Positions 12,833-26,700 of a DNA stretch of 64,000 bases are shown piece by piece. Numbering within the stretch: the first letter of the stretch is position 1; the number at the start of each line of letters is the position of its first letter. The translations under genes and the position numbers were made by a program. The stretch spans positions 3,908,001-3,972,000 of the forward strand of contig NC_045697.1 of assembly GCF_009834535.1 (NCBI RefSeq). Reading direction: 5' to 3'. A model generated the notes under the pieces. The model saw only the letters and a list, made by a program, of their open reading frames with translations. It had not been told where the DNA came from and did not search any database. This DNA comes from Camelus ferus (lineage: Eukaryota).

Positions 12833-13469
12833 CTTAATCATTGTGAATGGAGAAGGGAAAAGAGGGAAAGGAGGGGAAATTTCATTAAGACACAGTTATG
12901 AAACACACATTCTTGTTTCATTTTTCACTGAAAAGTCAGATCAGTTAGGTCTACAACCCGCTGGAGACCTTAAGTAGTCACTAAAAGCGGACATGGTCGG
13001 GTCAGCCCGCCAGGCGTGTGCAAGGGACATGCTGGGCCAGTCTAGAACTCTTCCAACAGACTGTTAATGGAGTTAAAAAAATGTAGGCCAGCAAAACATA
13101 CACTCTTGTTACCCAACCATGAGACGTTCACTCAACAAATACACACTCACACCCGTGAGCGACGGGCCCCGGGAGCACGGGACAGGAAGAGCGCAGGGTC
13201 CGAGCTCTCAAGCGTGAGCGCCGTGGGGAGGGAGACAGACGACGCACCAGGCATGTGTTCACAGGACGGATGAACGAGGGGTTTCAGGCGGGAGGAGGGC
13301 AATGAGGAAACAAACAGGGCAACATCCGTCCTGTTCTTCCTCGACTCAGCAGCACAGCAAACCATCCGTGGAACAGGGGGAGAAGGGGGCTAGTCGTCTG
13401 ACTGAGTCAGCGGCCCACAGGATGGGATGGGCTGTAAACTGGACTTAGAAGGAATCAAATCGTTCAGTC

Positions 13470-13650
13470 TAAGGTCTCTCAACCCTGGTTTCACATTCAG
13501 ATCAGCGGGGGAGCCTTCAGGGAAGTCTGGAAGCCCAGGCCAACGCCTGACACCGACTGCATTGGTCTAGGGCAGGGGGTCTGGGGATCAGCATTTTTTG
13601 AAAAGCTCCCAGGTGACTCCGAGACGCAGCCAGGGCTGAGACGCTCCCAT
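13470..13650. mobile_element. MER5A/B-like hAT-Charlie MITE
   Basis: tctctcaaccctgg...gcattttttgaaaagctcccaggtgactccgagacgcagccagggctgaga, with imperfect terminal inverted repeats. Confidence 0.7.
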
Positions 13651-13954
13651 TTTCGCCCAGATCAGCCCCACTCCCCTCAAGGGGTCACTACAGAAAAGGC
13701 AGCCGAGTGGAAGCGCCCTGACGTCCCTGTGTGCCAGGCCTCTGCCGCACAGCTGGAGAAGGCCCGCCCCCGGAGGGTCCCGGCAGCGGCAGGGCCGGCT
13801 CCGTGACTGTGGGCCCTCCTCCCACTGGGGTGCCGCCTGGGCCAAAGGGAAGGTCACCTGGGCCCTGCCTGCCTTCCCACCAACATGTACCCTCCATGAC
13901 CTCTAGTTCTCATGGCCCTAGGCCCTCAAACTTCCTAGTTTAGGGTCATTAAAA

Positions 13955-14160
13955 AAAATCCAGGCTCTGGGATTAGACACATGTTAGCCGATTCCTGCTG
14001 GCACTACATACTTGTGATGTAAGTTGGGCCAAATTACTGGCCCTCTTGGAGCCCCAGTTCCCTCGTCTCTGTAACAGGGTTCCCATTTGCCCTCACAGAT
14101 TTCTGTGCAGGTTAAGAGATGAGGTGTGTGCAGCCTCAAGTACAAGGCGGGCACACTCGG
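13955..14160 (+). mobile_element. MIR SINE
   Basis: gagccccagttccctcgtctctgtaacaggg...cctcacag...aggttaagagatga. Confidence 0.6.
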
Positions 14161-15859
14161 TAACATCTTCCACAGCTGCTAGCCTTGGGCTTGGGGCCCG
14201 TCCGCTGCAGGACAGTGGGGGAGGACGCCCTGCACTGTGATGAGGCGGGTGACCCCGTGCATCCGTTCTGGGCCACCACCTTTCCCTGGCTGGCCCACCA
14301 AGCTCTGATCCACCGGACGCCGCACCACATCTGGTGACCACTAGTACTCGGTGGGGCAGACAACGACTTCCTTGACTAGGATATGCTCACAGATGGGGTG
14401 GGACACCCCCAGCCCCCTTCTTCTCCTCCTGCTTTAGGAAAAGGGGGTCTGCGGCGCCACAGGTGTCGGGGCTTTCACGACCCTCAGGTGGACAGCTCTC
14501 ACGTTCCCGGCGTGACTAGGTGCCATGCCTGTTCTAGGCACTTTGGTCTTCACAGCCCTCCTTTAAGGAGGCATTATTTTTGGCCTCTTCCTTACTAACA
14601 CAGACAACGGAGACACAGAAAGGTCTGGTCACTGCCCAAGGCCTAGCATCGGGTAGCGGAAGCACTTGATTCCAGTTCAGTTTCATCTCCTGAGCACTTA
14701 ACTGTGATCGATACCGTTTTCCTACGGGGCTCTCTCTTTAAGACTAAAATAACACAAACACAACGAGCCTTCCAAACATTTCGAATCCAGCGTACGAACT
14801 CTGGAGCTGGGAGCTCAGGACGGGCCTGCCGTGGCGCACGTCTGCAGGGCCTGCGTGGTCTGGCTCTGCCGCCTGGCTGCCCTTGCTGCCCCTGCCCTTC
14901 GGCACCAATCAGCTTTGCCAGGCACCCTGGGGCCACACCAAGGGCACCCCTGGTCCTGCCCCAGCTGGTGCTCCTGCCAGCACCTCTCCCTGCAGGTAGC
15001 CCCAGCTGTCAAGTGGCTTGTGCCCTGATTCCTCAGGTCCCTGCTCAGACATCACCTCATCAGGACGGTGGGGACGAGGTCTGTGTGCCTCTGCGTTCCC
15101 AGCGCCTAGGACAGCGCCCAGCACAAGGTAAGCGTGCCAGAAATACTTGCTGAATGGGTGTGTGTGTGGACACACAGCGAGGTGGGCAGTGGCTGGGCTT
15201 TCGTGCTGGAGGGACTCCCACACTGCTCTGGGGCCGGGCCAAACGGCCTCACTAAAAAAAAAAGGGAACAATCCTCCTCCTCCTCCCCCCAAGGGAGGCC
15301 GGGGGCTTCCCAGGTGAAGCCATGACTCAGAGCAGCACAGGTGTGGTATTAATCATGAGCAATGTCAGAAGCTTCTGGAGCGGGGACCAGAGTCGGCAGT
15401 CACGTCTGCTGAGTGGGTGAGCGGCCACCTGCTCTCCGGGTTAACCTCCTCCTGAGACTACACGCGCCCCTACCCCACAGGCTGAAAGAATGATGCTCCA
15501 TGACGTCACTGCAAGGCGACTGTGCAGGGGTTTAGCCCACAGTCGTGAGGTAAAGGTCACTCAAAAGCCGGGTTACCGTCATTCACCACTGAGAGTTTCT
15601 TTACACTCCACTGCACAGCTGGCTTTAAAAAGCACCTCGTACTAACAACCATTACAGTGCCCACCGACGGGCTGCACAGACAGCCCCGACCTAGAGCTAA
15701 GGGCTGGAAGGGAGCCCTCACTAGTGACAGAAAACCGGCCTCACGCTGCCAGGACAGCCTGCGACACGGTAATGAAGCATGAACTGGGCACCCAGCGGAG
15801 ACAGCTGCTGGAGAGAGCAAAGCTTCTGGACCACGAGAAGCCAGCCTGGACTCAAGGCT

Positions 15860-15990
15860 GAGCTTAATAGCTAAATGCCTGATTCTGGGCAAATCCCTAA
15901 ACCTGAGACTCAGCCTCCTCATCTGAAACAGCAGTGACATCTCCCAAGTGTTTTGTGGGTTGTATAAAACATTGAGAGCACCTTGTAAGT
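15860..15990 (+). mobile_element. MIR SINE
   Basis: ctgggcaaatccctaaacctgagactcagcctcctcatctgaaac. Confidence 0.55.
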
Positions 15991-17313
15991 AAAGAAGAAG
16001 CAACCCAAGTGTTAGCTATTGGTAGAGCAACAGGCCTTTAATAAATGCTGTTTAGTAAACAAAGACGTTAATAAAGAAGATTCTGCTCTGTACTCTCCTC
16101 ATGACCCAGCCAAGCTTTGGGGAGGAGGAAGGCAGGGTTTGGGGAGCCATTTCTGTGCCCACAGAACAAGCAAACAATCCCAGCCTCCCTCCTGCCACCC
16201 TGTCAGCTGAGGGAAGCCAGGCTGGAAGGAAGGCCAGCAAGGCGTCTGGGACCTGGGGCGGCGCAAGGGCGCTCTGGGCAGGAGGGCCGCCACCAGCCCC
16301 AGGTTAACTCTAATGAGCTGAGGAGACGCACACAGGTGAACGTGCAGATAGTAACAAGCGGTTAGCTGCCCTCAGGGTCTGACCCAGGACACTAACAAAT
16401 ACACCCCGCAGCTGACAGAAGCCCGGGACCAGTGGTCCGTGCACTCGGCCTCCCGAACCGACCGCTCAGGTTGCCTCCTTCGTCCCACTTGGCCCAAAAC
16501 TTCAGATCAAAGTTTTTTATAGCTTCTGGGTATGTCTACCTGGGAGGCTCACAGACTAAACCTGCTACTGTCCCCGGGCCCTCTCTAACTGGCCTCCCCA
16601 AACCCCCTCCTGCTGTTCACTCCTCACAGAAAGGCATTCACCAAACTCTGGCACCCTCTGCAAAACCTCTCGAAGCTGTTCTGTGCTCTCCATCCCCAAA
16701 GGGGCTCTAGTCCAGGCCTTCCTCCCGTCCCGCCTAGATCACGGCAAGGGCCTGAGGACCCCAGCAGGCGCCCTTCAGTTTCCCTCGCCCTTCCCCACTC
16801 CACTCTGTTGCTAGGATTGTTTTAAGACACACATCTGCCACGACACCTCCAGTTGAGATCTCTTCTGTGGTCTCTTCTCCTGCCTGTCTAGCTCCACCTC
16901 ACTCAGCACAACCCCGAGCCCTAACCAGATCCGCTCGCCCCCCGCCGGCCTTTCCTGTCTCGCTACAACCCGGTTGGGCCCAAAGGGCCCCTGCTCCCTG
17001 CCAGCCTGTGCTTGGGCTGTTCTTCTCAGGGGGACCCCGATCCCCACCTCCCCACCTGGGCAGCTTCCTGCCTAATTGCGCTGAGTGTGTGGGGCCTGTG
17101 TGTCCAGGCCCCTCCCCACCTCAGGCTGTGGTGAGTGTCAGAGCAGGGTCCAGTCCTCAGTCATCTGTGTCCCCAGTGCCTGACAAACTCCAGCTGCACA
17201 GAAGTCTCCTGGTAAATGTTTCTTGGACTGAGATTCACAGCTGAAGAATTTACCGCTCTTAACGACCAGACAGCTGAGTGAACGAATGAGCGACCCAATA
17301 CAGGCCTCCTTAC

Positions 17314-17422
17314 CTTCACACTCTGACGCAGGAAAAAGAGGAGAGTACAAGGCTTTTTCCCACCAGGTCTGTTTTTCTTGACTTGTATTCATTCCTTGTA
17401 CATCAGTGTTCAATACAGGCAA
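17314..17422 (-). CDS. KIAA0232: KIAA0232 coding exon 6 (109 nt; LPVLNTDVQGMNTSQEKQTWWEKALYSPLFPASECE)
   Basis: Acceptor ctaaacag|TTG and donor AAG|gtaagg; phase 0/1. Confidence 0.95.
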
Positions 17423-19171
17423 CTGTTTAGGTTAAACCAAATACAGAAAAAGTTTACAAACTTTCAAAACAAAGAAAAAAAATTCAAGCTTTATTACCTA
17501 TGGATTACAAACCCAGGACTTTTAAATTGTTGGGTTTTTTTTTTTTTTTTTCTTCACTGTTCTAGACAAGGTGAATAAAAAAGCCAAAGTGTTCACAGCC
17601 TATAAAGGAAGTTTCTCTTAAGACGCTCTTACATTGGAAATGAAACAAAAAAAATCTTTCTAAAAAATGCAACAAAACTCTGTAAGAGAGGCAAAAACGT
17701 ACAGGAAATACACTCAGGTAAAGCAAATTCCTGGATTTTGGAAGTGCAGAGAGAGAACGGGGTAGCGCAAAGCCTCCACTAGTGTGAGGGGCCCTAGAGA
17801 AACAGGGAGGCCCCTCTGCTCCTTCACACACTCAAGCAGGAGGGAGTCAAAGAGAAAATGGAACAGAAGGAAGTAACTCTATAAGTGAGTTAACAACCTC
17901 ATGTCTTTTACAGCAGAATTATCTGCTTCGGTGAGAACCAGAAGGAAGCTGAGACTAAAACCAAATAATAAAGCTGACAGTAACTCAAATTCAAAACAGG
18001 AAACAGACATTGAAATGAGAGGAGGGCAGGACTCCTGAGAGCAGGAGACCCCATACTCCGAACATGACCATGGCCCTGGCAGCGTGGAAGGCACTCACGT
18101 CTGGAAGGGAGACCCAAGTTCGAACGGAGGCTCCATCCTTTATTGGCTGAGCTCCCAAATCCCAGCTGGACCTCACCCACCTGCCTGGGCAGTGAGGATG
18201 AGATGCAATGTGGCTAGTGTCCCTCATGATCAAGGAGTGTCCTCATGAGTGGTCATTAGAAGATGTGGCCCTCTGCGGCCATCACAGGTAAACCCTGGTT
18301 TGCTGGGGGCTGGGGCAACCTCTGCACGTTCCCTCCGCGCTGTGCCTGATGCCAGGCCCTCCCAGGGTAAGGCCTGGCATGGGCATCTCTGTACCTCCCA
18401 CAGCCCCTCTGTCTCAGCAAGTGTCTGCTCAGTCAGCGGCCAGGACCTGTCAACAGCCTGCATCTTTATTGTTCTACAAGACATTTCATTATGTGTTCAA
18501 GTTTAAAACCTGAACTATCTTAGCAACTAATGATCTTCAATTCTCTAATAGGATTTTGTTATCTCTTAAAGATAAAGTACTTTTTATTAAAATTTTTTTG
18601 ATTCAGTAATTTTTTTATTACTTAACTAAATGGGAAATGCACTTCAAATTTTCATTTTCACTTAACTTTTCAGACACACTCCTAAATTAAAAACCGAAGG
18701 AGAACTGTACTATCTACCCAGAGTGGTCAGTTAACTTTCACCATTTTCTCCTGCGGATTATTCTAACAATAAAAATTAGTAGTTATTAGACAAATAGGTA
18801 CCAAGGCCAACAGCGCCGAAAAGGCCAGGCTTAATGCAAATAAAGCCAGCAATATGCAAGGTCTGCAGTTAATTCAAGGTGATTACTGCATTCGGCACGT
18901 AATTCACAGCACCGTGAAACCATCCTGGAAAGGCCTTGCACTCTCTTCCAAGGCAGACCTATTCTGTGGGAAGATTACGTAGTCTGCTCAAGGTGAGTAA
19001 GGACGTCGCCTGGACAGAACTCTGTCCATCATCCCCAAGGCAATACTGAGGAGAGATGGATTTGAGGGTAACAAGTTCTTACTTGAGAAAGAAAATGTCT
19101 GGGGGCAAGCTGTGGAAGGACCAGAGCTTTATTCACATGAGTGTAATGAGATTGCTTATCTTTTAATTCTT

Positions 19172-19306
19172 TAAAAAAAAAAACCCCAAAATCCGGGGGG
19201 TGTAATTAGGTTTATTTAGTTATTTTTTAATGGAGGTACTGGAGACTGAACCAGGACCTCATGCATGCTAGGCATGCTCTCTACCACTGAGCTATATCCT
19301 CCTCCC
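19172..19306 (-). mobile_element. tRNA-derived SINE, camelid Vic-1-like
   Basis: Minus strand reads gggaggaggatatagctcagtggtagagagcatgcctagcatgcatgaggtcctggttcagtctccagtacctccattaaaaaataactaaataaacctaattac, with A-box- and B-box-like motifs. Imperfect TSD ttaattct/ttaatcct. Homologous to 41929-42070. Confidence 0.85.
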
Positions 19307-22300
19307 TTAATCCTCTCGAGACTGTGAGAATGGGGTAAAGGGTAAGAAAAAGGAGAGAACTCATCAGGATGGACAGGACATGGTGGGACAAGCAGGCTGG
19401 AAGGGTCAGGGTTCAGCCGGGGGGCTGGGTCAGCATGAACAGGAGGAGGTCAGATCCAAGCAGAACAAGGCGGTGAGCTTCTGCAGAGCAGGGGCCAGGT
19501 CTTATTTACCTTTGCACCTCCAGAAACAGGGCCCAGAACAAAGCACATGCTCAGTGTCTGCCAGCCTTAAGAAGAGGTTCCACCTGTCGAAGTCCCTGAT
19601 CACTGAGCACACCTCTGTCTCCCTCTCTCTCCTGCTCACACCGTCCGATCACGCCAGCTTCTGGCACAGTTTTAAGATCTGAGTGTCAATTCCAATGGCA
19701 GGGACTGACTGACCCTGTTTTACGCTACACTGAATACGGAGTCAATGAATATACATTATTTTGACATATTTCCACTTAGTTATTTCCAACTTTTAGGCTA
19801 CACAGCAAAGATGGCCATGCTTTGCTTAAATAGTGTTTAATGTATTAATTCAACTTCTGGTTTAGCTGAGAATGAAAAGAATGAAGAAAGAATGGAGAAA
19901 TAGGAAAAGAGAACAGAGCACAACCTGGGATGACCGGGCCCACTTCTGCCTCAGCCCCGCTCCCCTCTGCCTCCAGGCAGCTGCTTGGCTCACTTTCCAC
20001 CTGCAAGCCCTCCTTCAAGTTGCACCTTTGCGAGGAAGCCCGCCCTGATACCGTGGTTCCCGTGGAAACTCCTCCAAGCACCCCCGCCCCCGACACTCCT
20101 TATCCGGCTCTTCTTTTCCATGGCACTGGTGTCCTAGCACACTCTGTCCCTTCACGTCGCTCACTGCACGCACCTCCACAAATGCAGAGATCGTGGTCTG
20201 TTCCTTTATGCCCAGCACCTGGACTTAGTAGGCTCTTAGTATTTGATGAATGAATGAAACAGTGAAAAAAAGGAGAGAGGACATGGACTTAACCCAGAAA
20301 ACCTGACCAGAAATGTCTTTAGCAAAAGACGTAATACTCAGCAATTCTTTAGAAGACAGAAGTTAGGCGAAGGCTCACTGCTTTAAATTTTCACTAACTG
20401 TTCTTAGTTCAGGTTAGAATTTAGAAGGGAAAGGTTGGGTATTCCTCCTTGAATTTTACTCTGGGAATAGAACCCTGAATAGTGCCCCCTTGCCACAGTC
20501 AGTTCTCTGTTACTTGGGTCACAAAAGGAAAAGAAAGCCTCCCTTGTTCTTTGGAAGAGGAGAAAGGAAACATAAATGGCGAGATACCGTGTGCAACAGA
20601 GACAAGAGACACGGCACTGACCGTCATAAAGTTAGGGAAGAACTTGGGCTCTGGGCCTCCGTGTCCTCAGCAGTCACGAGGGTAAATGAACCACCACAGA
20701 AAGTCACTATGGGCACTCAGGAGCATGATGGTGACAAAGCAGAGTTGGCACAGGGCCTGGCAGAAGCCGGCTGGTAGCCATCCCCCAGGGTGGCCTTCAC
20801 ACCTACTCCTCAGGGCCTTCTGATTCCCACGGCCCTTGTCTGCTGGGCAAAACGGCCTCCTCTCCTGGACGAGGCCATGAATTCCTGAGGACGAGACCAG
20901 GATTCGTGCTGCTTCCCTGCACCTTAAAGCGCACAGCACGGAGTCAGCAGTCAAGCCAATGACAAAGAGAACACCTCTGCCACAAATCTGTGCACAAATG
21001 GATGCCAGTGGCACACTAGGCTCCTCACCTGTCACTGCGAACTTCAGAAGCCACGCCTTAACTGTTGGCACCTTTCCTGAGCACCTGAGAGACTGCAAGC
21101 CTCTTTACCCTCGTGTACGCTATTCCTTCTGCCTAGAACGTCCTGCCCACTCCTTTCTGCCCTGGACGCTCAGGTATGTCCAAAAAGCCTTCCTCAGCTC
21201 TCCCAGGGTGGCCCAGCTCTCCTCTGGGTTCCCATGGCTTCCTGTGCCCACCTTCCCCACGCCACCTACCATGGTACATAGAACTATGTTGGCCCAAACG
21301 CCCTAAAAGGTAAAGAACTGCCTAGGAAATTCTGGTACATCAACACAAAGGAATAGCATGCAGAAAGTAAAAAAGGAAGTGTAATTATAGGAAAGTGCCA
21401 TTTCAGTTTAAATAAACAGAAGAAAACAAATGTGAACATGTATTTATTTATACCTGTATACAGTGTCCTTGGAGGGTACACCCCAGGGCCCACACTGGTG
21501 GTTGCTGCTGGGGAGGGGGGGAACTGGTTCACCATGCATATACCCTCCTGTAACTTCTGAATTTGAACCATGGGAGTGAATTACCTATTTCAATGAAAAT
21601 AAATGATCTGTTCACAAATTGGTCTTCATGACCAGCCTGAATTCTCTCAGGGCAGGGAGAGTGTCTTGTTCATTCAGGGCCTCTCATCTCACAGATGGAC
21701 ATGGAACAGCTCAATGTTTAATGACTGTTTTGCTGAATTGAACTGAACCGAAGTTTTGAAAAGAATCATAATTTATGTTCCTGGGCACCAATTCTTCTGG
21801 AAATCCTACATTTTAGACCTCTTGCTCTGAAACAGGTTGGCAACCAGTGACTTTTAAAACAGGGCTTCCAGATCGCCGTTTGTAAGGACTGTCCTCACTC
21901 AGGAAAGTGGGGGAGAAGACCCTCACAGGAACTCCCCAAGACTGACAGGCAGCATGAGAGTGAAAAGGCACAGATTCTAGTCCCAGCCTGGCCCCAAACT
22001 GTCCCTTAAGGCTCTCTCAACCTTTCTGCACCTCAGATGAATCTGAAGCAAGCTCCGCCCTGGCCCCGAACATAAGTGATGCTGCTGAGAGGCGACGGCA
22101 GCCGGCCTCTCAGCCCAGTGTCCTCTGAGGACGTCACCGGCAGCTAAGACCTTCCGAGACAACCCAGAACTCTGCAACATCAATACATCAACATACTAGA
22201 AAGCGAAGGACTACGGCAGTGGTATGATGCAGAATCTCGCTTCTTTCCTCTTTTTCTTTCTTCCCCATCTGGAACCAGGTAAAATACAAAGTACGTGAAG

Positions 22301-23702
22301 GAACATTTAAGGATGAAAAGTGGGGCAAGAATCAAACAGGTAAAGCTAACAACATTGTTTCTTTGTTCTGAGCAGTTCAGATTTCAGTGTTTCCATGGGA
22401 TTCAATGCATGTCTCTTTAAGGACCCCCAGGCAAGCTAATCACAGCAGTGCCTCTCCAGTCCCCTGGCGGCTTCCCCCCACCATGCGCGCACAGGTCCAC
22501 ACCTGGGCACAGACCGGCCACCAGTAAGGCGTGATCCTAGCCACGAGGAGCTTGTAATCTAACGAGAGAAAGACATAAATGACTCATGAAAAACAGCAAG
22601 TGCAATTAAAAAAATAAGAGGCATAAAGCACATAAAACTTAAAAGAAGGGAGAAATGACTTCTGATGTGGGTGGGGGTGGAGCAGGGGAGAGAAGAGGAA
22701 TGAGGGACGCAGCAGTGAAGGAGGTGGGAGCTGACAGGGCCTCAAGGTGTGGGCAGGACCCAGAGGGGCACAAGACGGGTGGGCTTGTGCAGGACAGAGG
22801 GGAGGGAGGGGACACGCTGCTGCTCTCCGGCTACAGGTGGCGGGACTTCTAAACACCTCTAGCGGTCTTTTTAATAAACTGCTCCTGGAACAAAGCCAGG
22901 CACTGCCGTATCAAATAGTGGATGAGAAATGGGCTGATTGCTATGCTTTTTGGTCAAACAGGTTACTGCCTTAAGTGTTATTTCTTGTAAACTCAATTTA
23001 AACTCAAATGACTTCTTAGGAATAATCAAATGGTACAGTGACTCCCATTAACAAAAAGATCGTTGTTAGCCTCACTTGATAGACTTACCTGTGTAATTCA
23101 CGTAGCTTCAGGACTATGCACTTTGTATAAAGCAAGGTAACATCTGTTCTGTAGAAGTTACTTTTTGCATTCGGATTGTGGGTTAATTTTTACACATACC
23201 ACAATATATTTTAGAGAATTCTATATAGATATAATTTATTTTACATAAAAAACATAAGTTTCAATGAAGGAATCAATGTTTCAGAGGCAGATGGGCTTGC
23301 TACTTAAAGAAACCCTTCCCTGCCACTTCCGAAGAGCAAAGGGCCTTCTGAAGAGGAAACAGCCACCTCCTGATTCACTGACTTTGAGAACTGGAGCACT
23401 CACATATTAGATTTTGCTTTAAGCATAGTATATGCACATTAAGACATCACATAAAAATCTTATATCCTGTGATTTACTTAAAAATGTCTTTTCTCTGCAG
23501 AAAATGTCTATCTAGTTCAAATTTATAAATATCAAATCCATTTTAAGTCCTTATGTAAAATCGTAAGAATCCTAAGTTTTATGACATTTAAACCAAAGTC
23601 CCAATAATTTAACCCAAAACTTCACTGCCTGAAATGGCTGTTCTTTAAGATTAAAGTCTGATCAAATCCTTTTATCAAATACCAATACATACTGACACAT
23701 AC

Positions 23703-26700
23703 CTCGTGCAGCTGTCCTGAAGAAACTGGGTTATCTTCATAAGCAGGCAACTGACAACCTGCTTTGCAACTGCAAAAATTATTAATTTCTTCCTCACATT
23801 GTGCCATTATTTTACAATTTGCTTCTGAGCTTTCTAGATCGATTTCCAGAGCGTCATTCATGCTACACTCCAAACACGGATTCTGCTTTCCTCCTGGCAG
23901 AATCCCAGCTGATTCCTCCTGGGAATCCAGTGATGTCTGAGCACTCTTTTCCATTCCGGACTTTTTTAACCTGGGAAGGAATTTTCCAGACTCAAGCTCT
24001 AATTTTCCATAGTAATGGCCTTCTTTCTCTGCATCTTCTTCCAGTGGTTTGAGATCTGCCTGTGGATCTTCAAATGCATCAACTTGAGAAGGAATGGGAA
24101 TGGCTGCTTCATCTTTTTCAGATTCAAATTCTGACTCGCTTCCTCCTCCTGGGGACAGTTCAGATGCAGAAATTGGGCGAAAGTGAGTCCTAGGAGAGAT
24201 GCGGATGGCCCTGTACTGTGTTCTGTCAACGCCACATATCCTGGGGTGGAACACTTCACTGTCTGAATCAGAGCAGAGGATTGATTTCGGTTTAAAACTA
24301 GGGCTGAAAGATGCAATCCCTTCAGGTTCAAATGAACATTCTACATGAAGAACTTGTGAAAATGGATTGCTTAAGTCAAAGGAAGAGAATGAATATTCAA
24401 GTCCAGGATCTTCAACTTGAAAGTTACCACAAGCTCCTAGTAAGTCTTCATGGAAGATAAAAGAAAATCCCTTATTCAACCCATTTTCCCCAGTCTTCGG
24501 CTGATCATTCTGTTCAAATGACATGAAGGGCTTCCATAACTGCCTGTGGCCAGGAGCAAAGCTGTTCCCTGGGGTCATAAAGACATCTGTACCAGCTATT
24601 GTCACCACGTCGGAAGCTGCACACTGTAACAAACTTCCTTTCGTGTGGCCGGGCGGCACAACTGCCCACTCCCCATCGCTGTTAAAGGATTTGAGCTCTC
24701 CATAAACTCCTCCGAGAATGAAGGAGTTCTCTTTATCCTGGGCCACATCCCAAGGTTTAGAGGGGGTGGTATAATCACCGCCGTCCACCTTTGACAGCTC
24801 ACCAGAAACAAAAGCCCCCTTCTCCAGGTTCTCCTTCTGCCCCTCCCACAGGTGGTACTCTGATCTCTGCACGGCCTTACTGGGCTCCTGGAGTGGCTCC
24901 ACTTCAGCTTCGGCGTCCAAACAGCAGCAGTAGTTATTTACATCTGTCGAAAACAACTCGTCATCAATTCTCTCTGTTTCTACCGTAGCTACAGAGTTTC
25001 TGTCTGCCATCTTTGTCCAAATGTCTTTAATTACCCCTGAGCTGTAGCCATCTCCATGAGGACTGCTTTCACTACAAACATGTGTAGTTTCAAAGGTTTT
25101 GTTTTCTGGTTTTTGTTCCAGCTGAATACCACAGACAGATTCTAGTTTAGATTTTTTTTTGAAAACCAACGTTGGAATTTCTCCTAAAGTTCTGTTTTGC
25201 TGGCAAGTTTCATCTTGCAAAAAATCTAGAAGTTCTTCATCTACATAATTTGACGAGACTCTAGGAACTACATAATTAACATCATCTGCATTAAACTGTG
25301 TGGATTCTTCAAACTGAATATTTAATGTCTCATTGTCTGAACGTGTTTCTTCTGAATGGGACCATGGACTACAAGTTCTCGTTGAAAGATTAGAACAGTG
25401 TTCGTTTTCTTCAAAGGCACTATTTTTGGTCCATATTAGCAATCTAGACTGTGTTTTCCCAAGCATATTAGCACTAGAATCTGTATTTTCATTTCCCAAA
25501 TTGAGTGTTTCAAAAGAAAATGGTAAAACAGAATTACTGCATTGCACTTCAAACACTGAAAAACAAGAGTTTATGCCAGATCCTTCATTAATATCTGAAA
25601 AGAGCTCTTGATTGCCAGCAAGCAAATGTGGACTGAGCGCCGTGCTGTCTAAGATCGGGGAGAGTCTAATAGGAGAGTCTCCTCCAAAGCTCTCTCCATC
25701 GGCATCGCCAGAGCTGGACGAACAGCACTCCCAAAACTGAGCCAGATTGCCAAGGTCTTGTAGGAAGAAGCCCTCGGCGCCCACAGAGCTGGTGGAATCT
25801 GTCCATATTGCACGTTCCCCTTGCAACTCCATTCCATCTAACACTATGCAACATTCTGCCTCAAAATCTGTTTTCTCTTTGCTTTTCTGTCGAATCATAT
25901 TCAAAATCCGACTTTCTCCTTGCATTGTTTCTGAGGCACCAGGATCCAACATGGATTGGTCAATATCCACTTCATAGAAGTGCGTTAATTCTGACAGATG
26001 AATATCATCCAAGTATCTGTTGTCCTCTGGTAGAGAACAGAATGAGGTCCCAGTGAGGTCAAGGTCCTCATTTATAACTGCAGGCATTTCTACAAAATGA
26101 CCATCAATGAAAGTACCCGCTGCGAGGTATGTTTTATGAATATTATTGTTGCTGATACACAGACCGTGCACTGATTCAGACAATTCATCTACTGCCTCAG
26201 ATGTCAGATCACTTGTGTCTTGTCTGTTTCGGTATGTGGTCTCTAGTTTACTTTTTCTGCTCAAAGGAACAAAATACTCCGCAATCGGCTCGGTGTACCA
26301 CAGCGGCTCCTCCTTGTACTCTCTGTCGTTCCTGCTCTCTGCACACAGGTCCCTCCCCTCAGTGCTCCCAGTGTCTCTTCGCCCCGGCTCCTTCAGCGGC
26401 CTCCTACCCCGCCTGCACAGCTGCTTGACGGACCCGCTGCTGCTGCTGCTGCCGCCCCCGGCCTGCAGGCTCCTCTCCGCCTTCTCGCCATGCTTCAGTG
26501 AGAGCCTGCTCTGCCCGTTCCGCCCTTTTCTGTTTCGAATTTCCCGTGTCTTGTGCCTCACTTTCACGCACTTCACGGATGCCTTCGGCTCTCCCTGGTT
26601 ACCACTGGAGCTCGAGCCTGCCTCGCTGGAGCCGGAAGACCAGGAGCGAGGGCGGCCCTTCCCTTCGGGCTTGTGTCGAGTCTGCTTTCTGTACAGAGCA

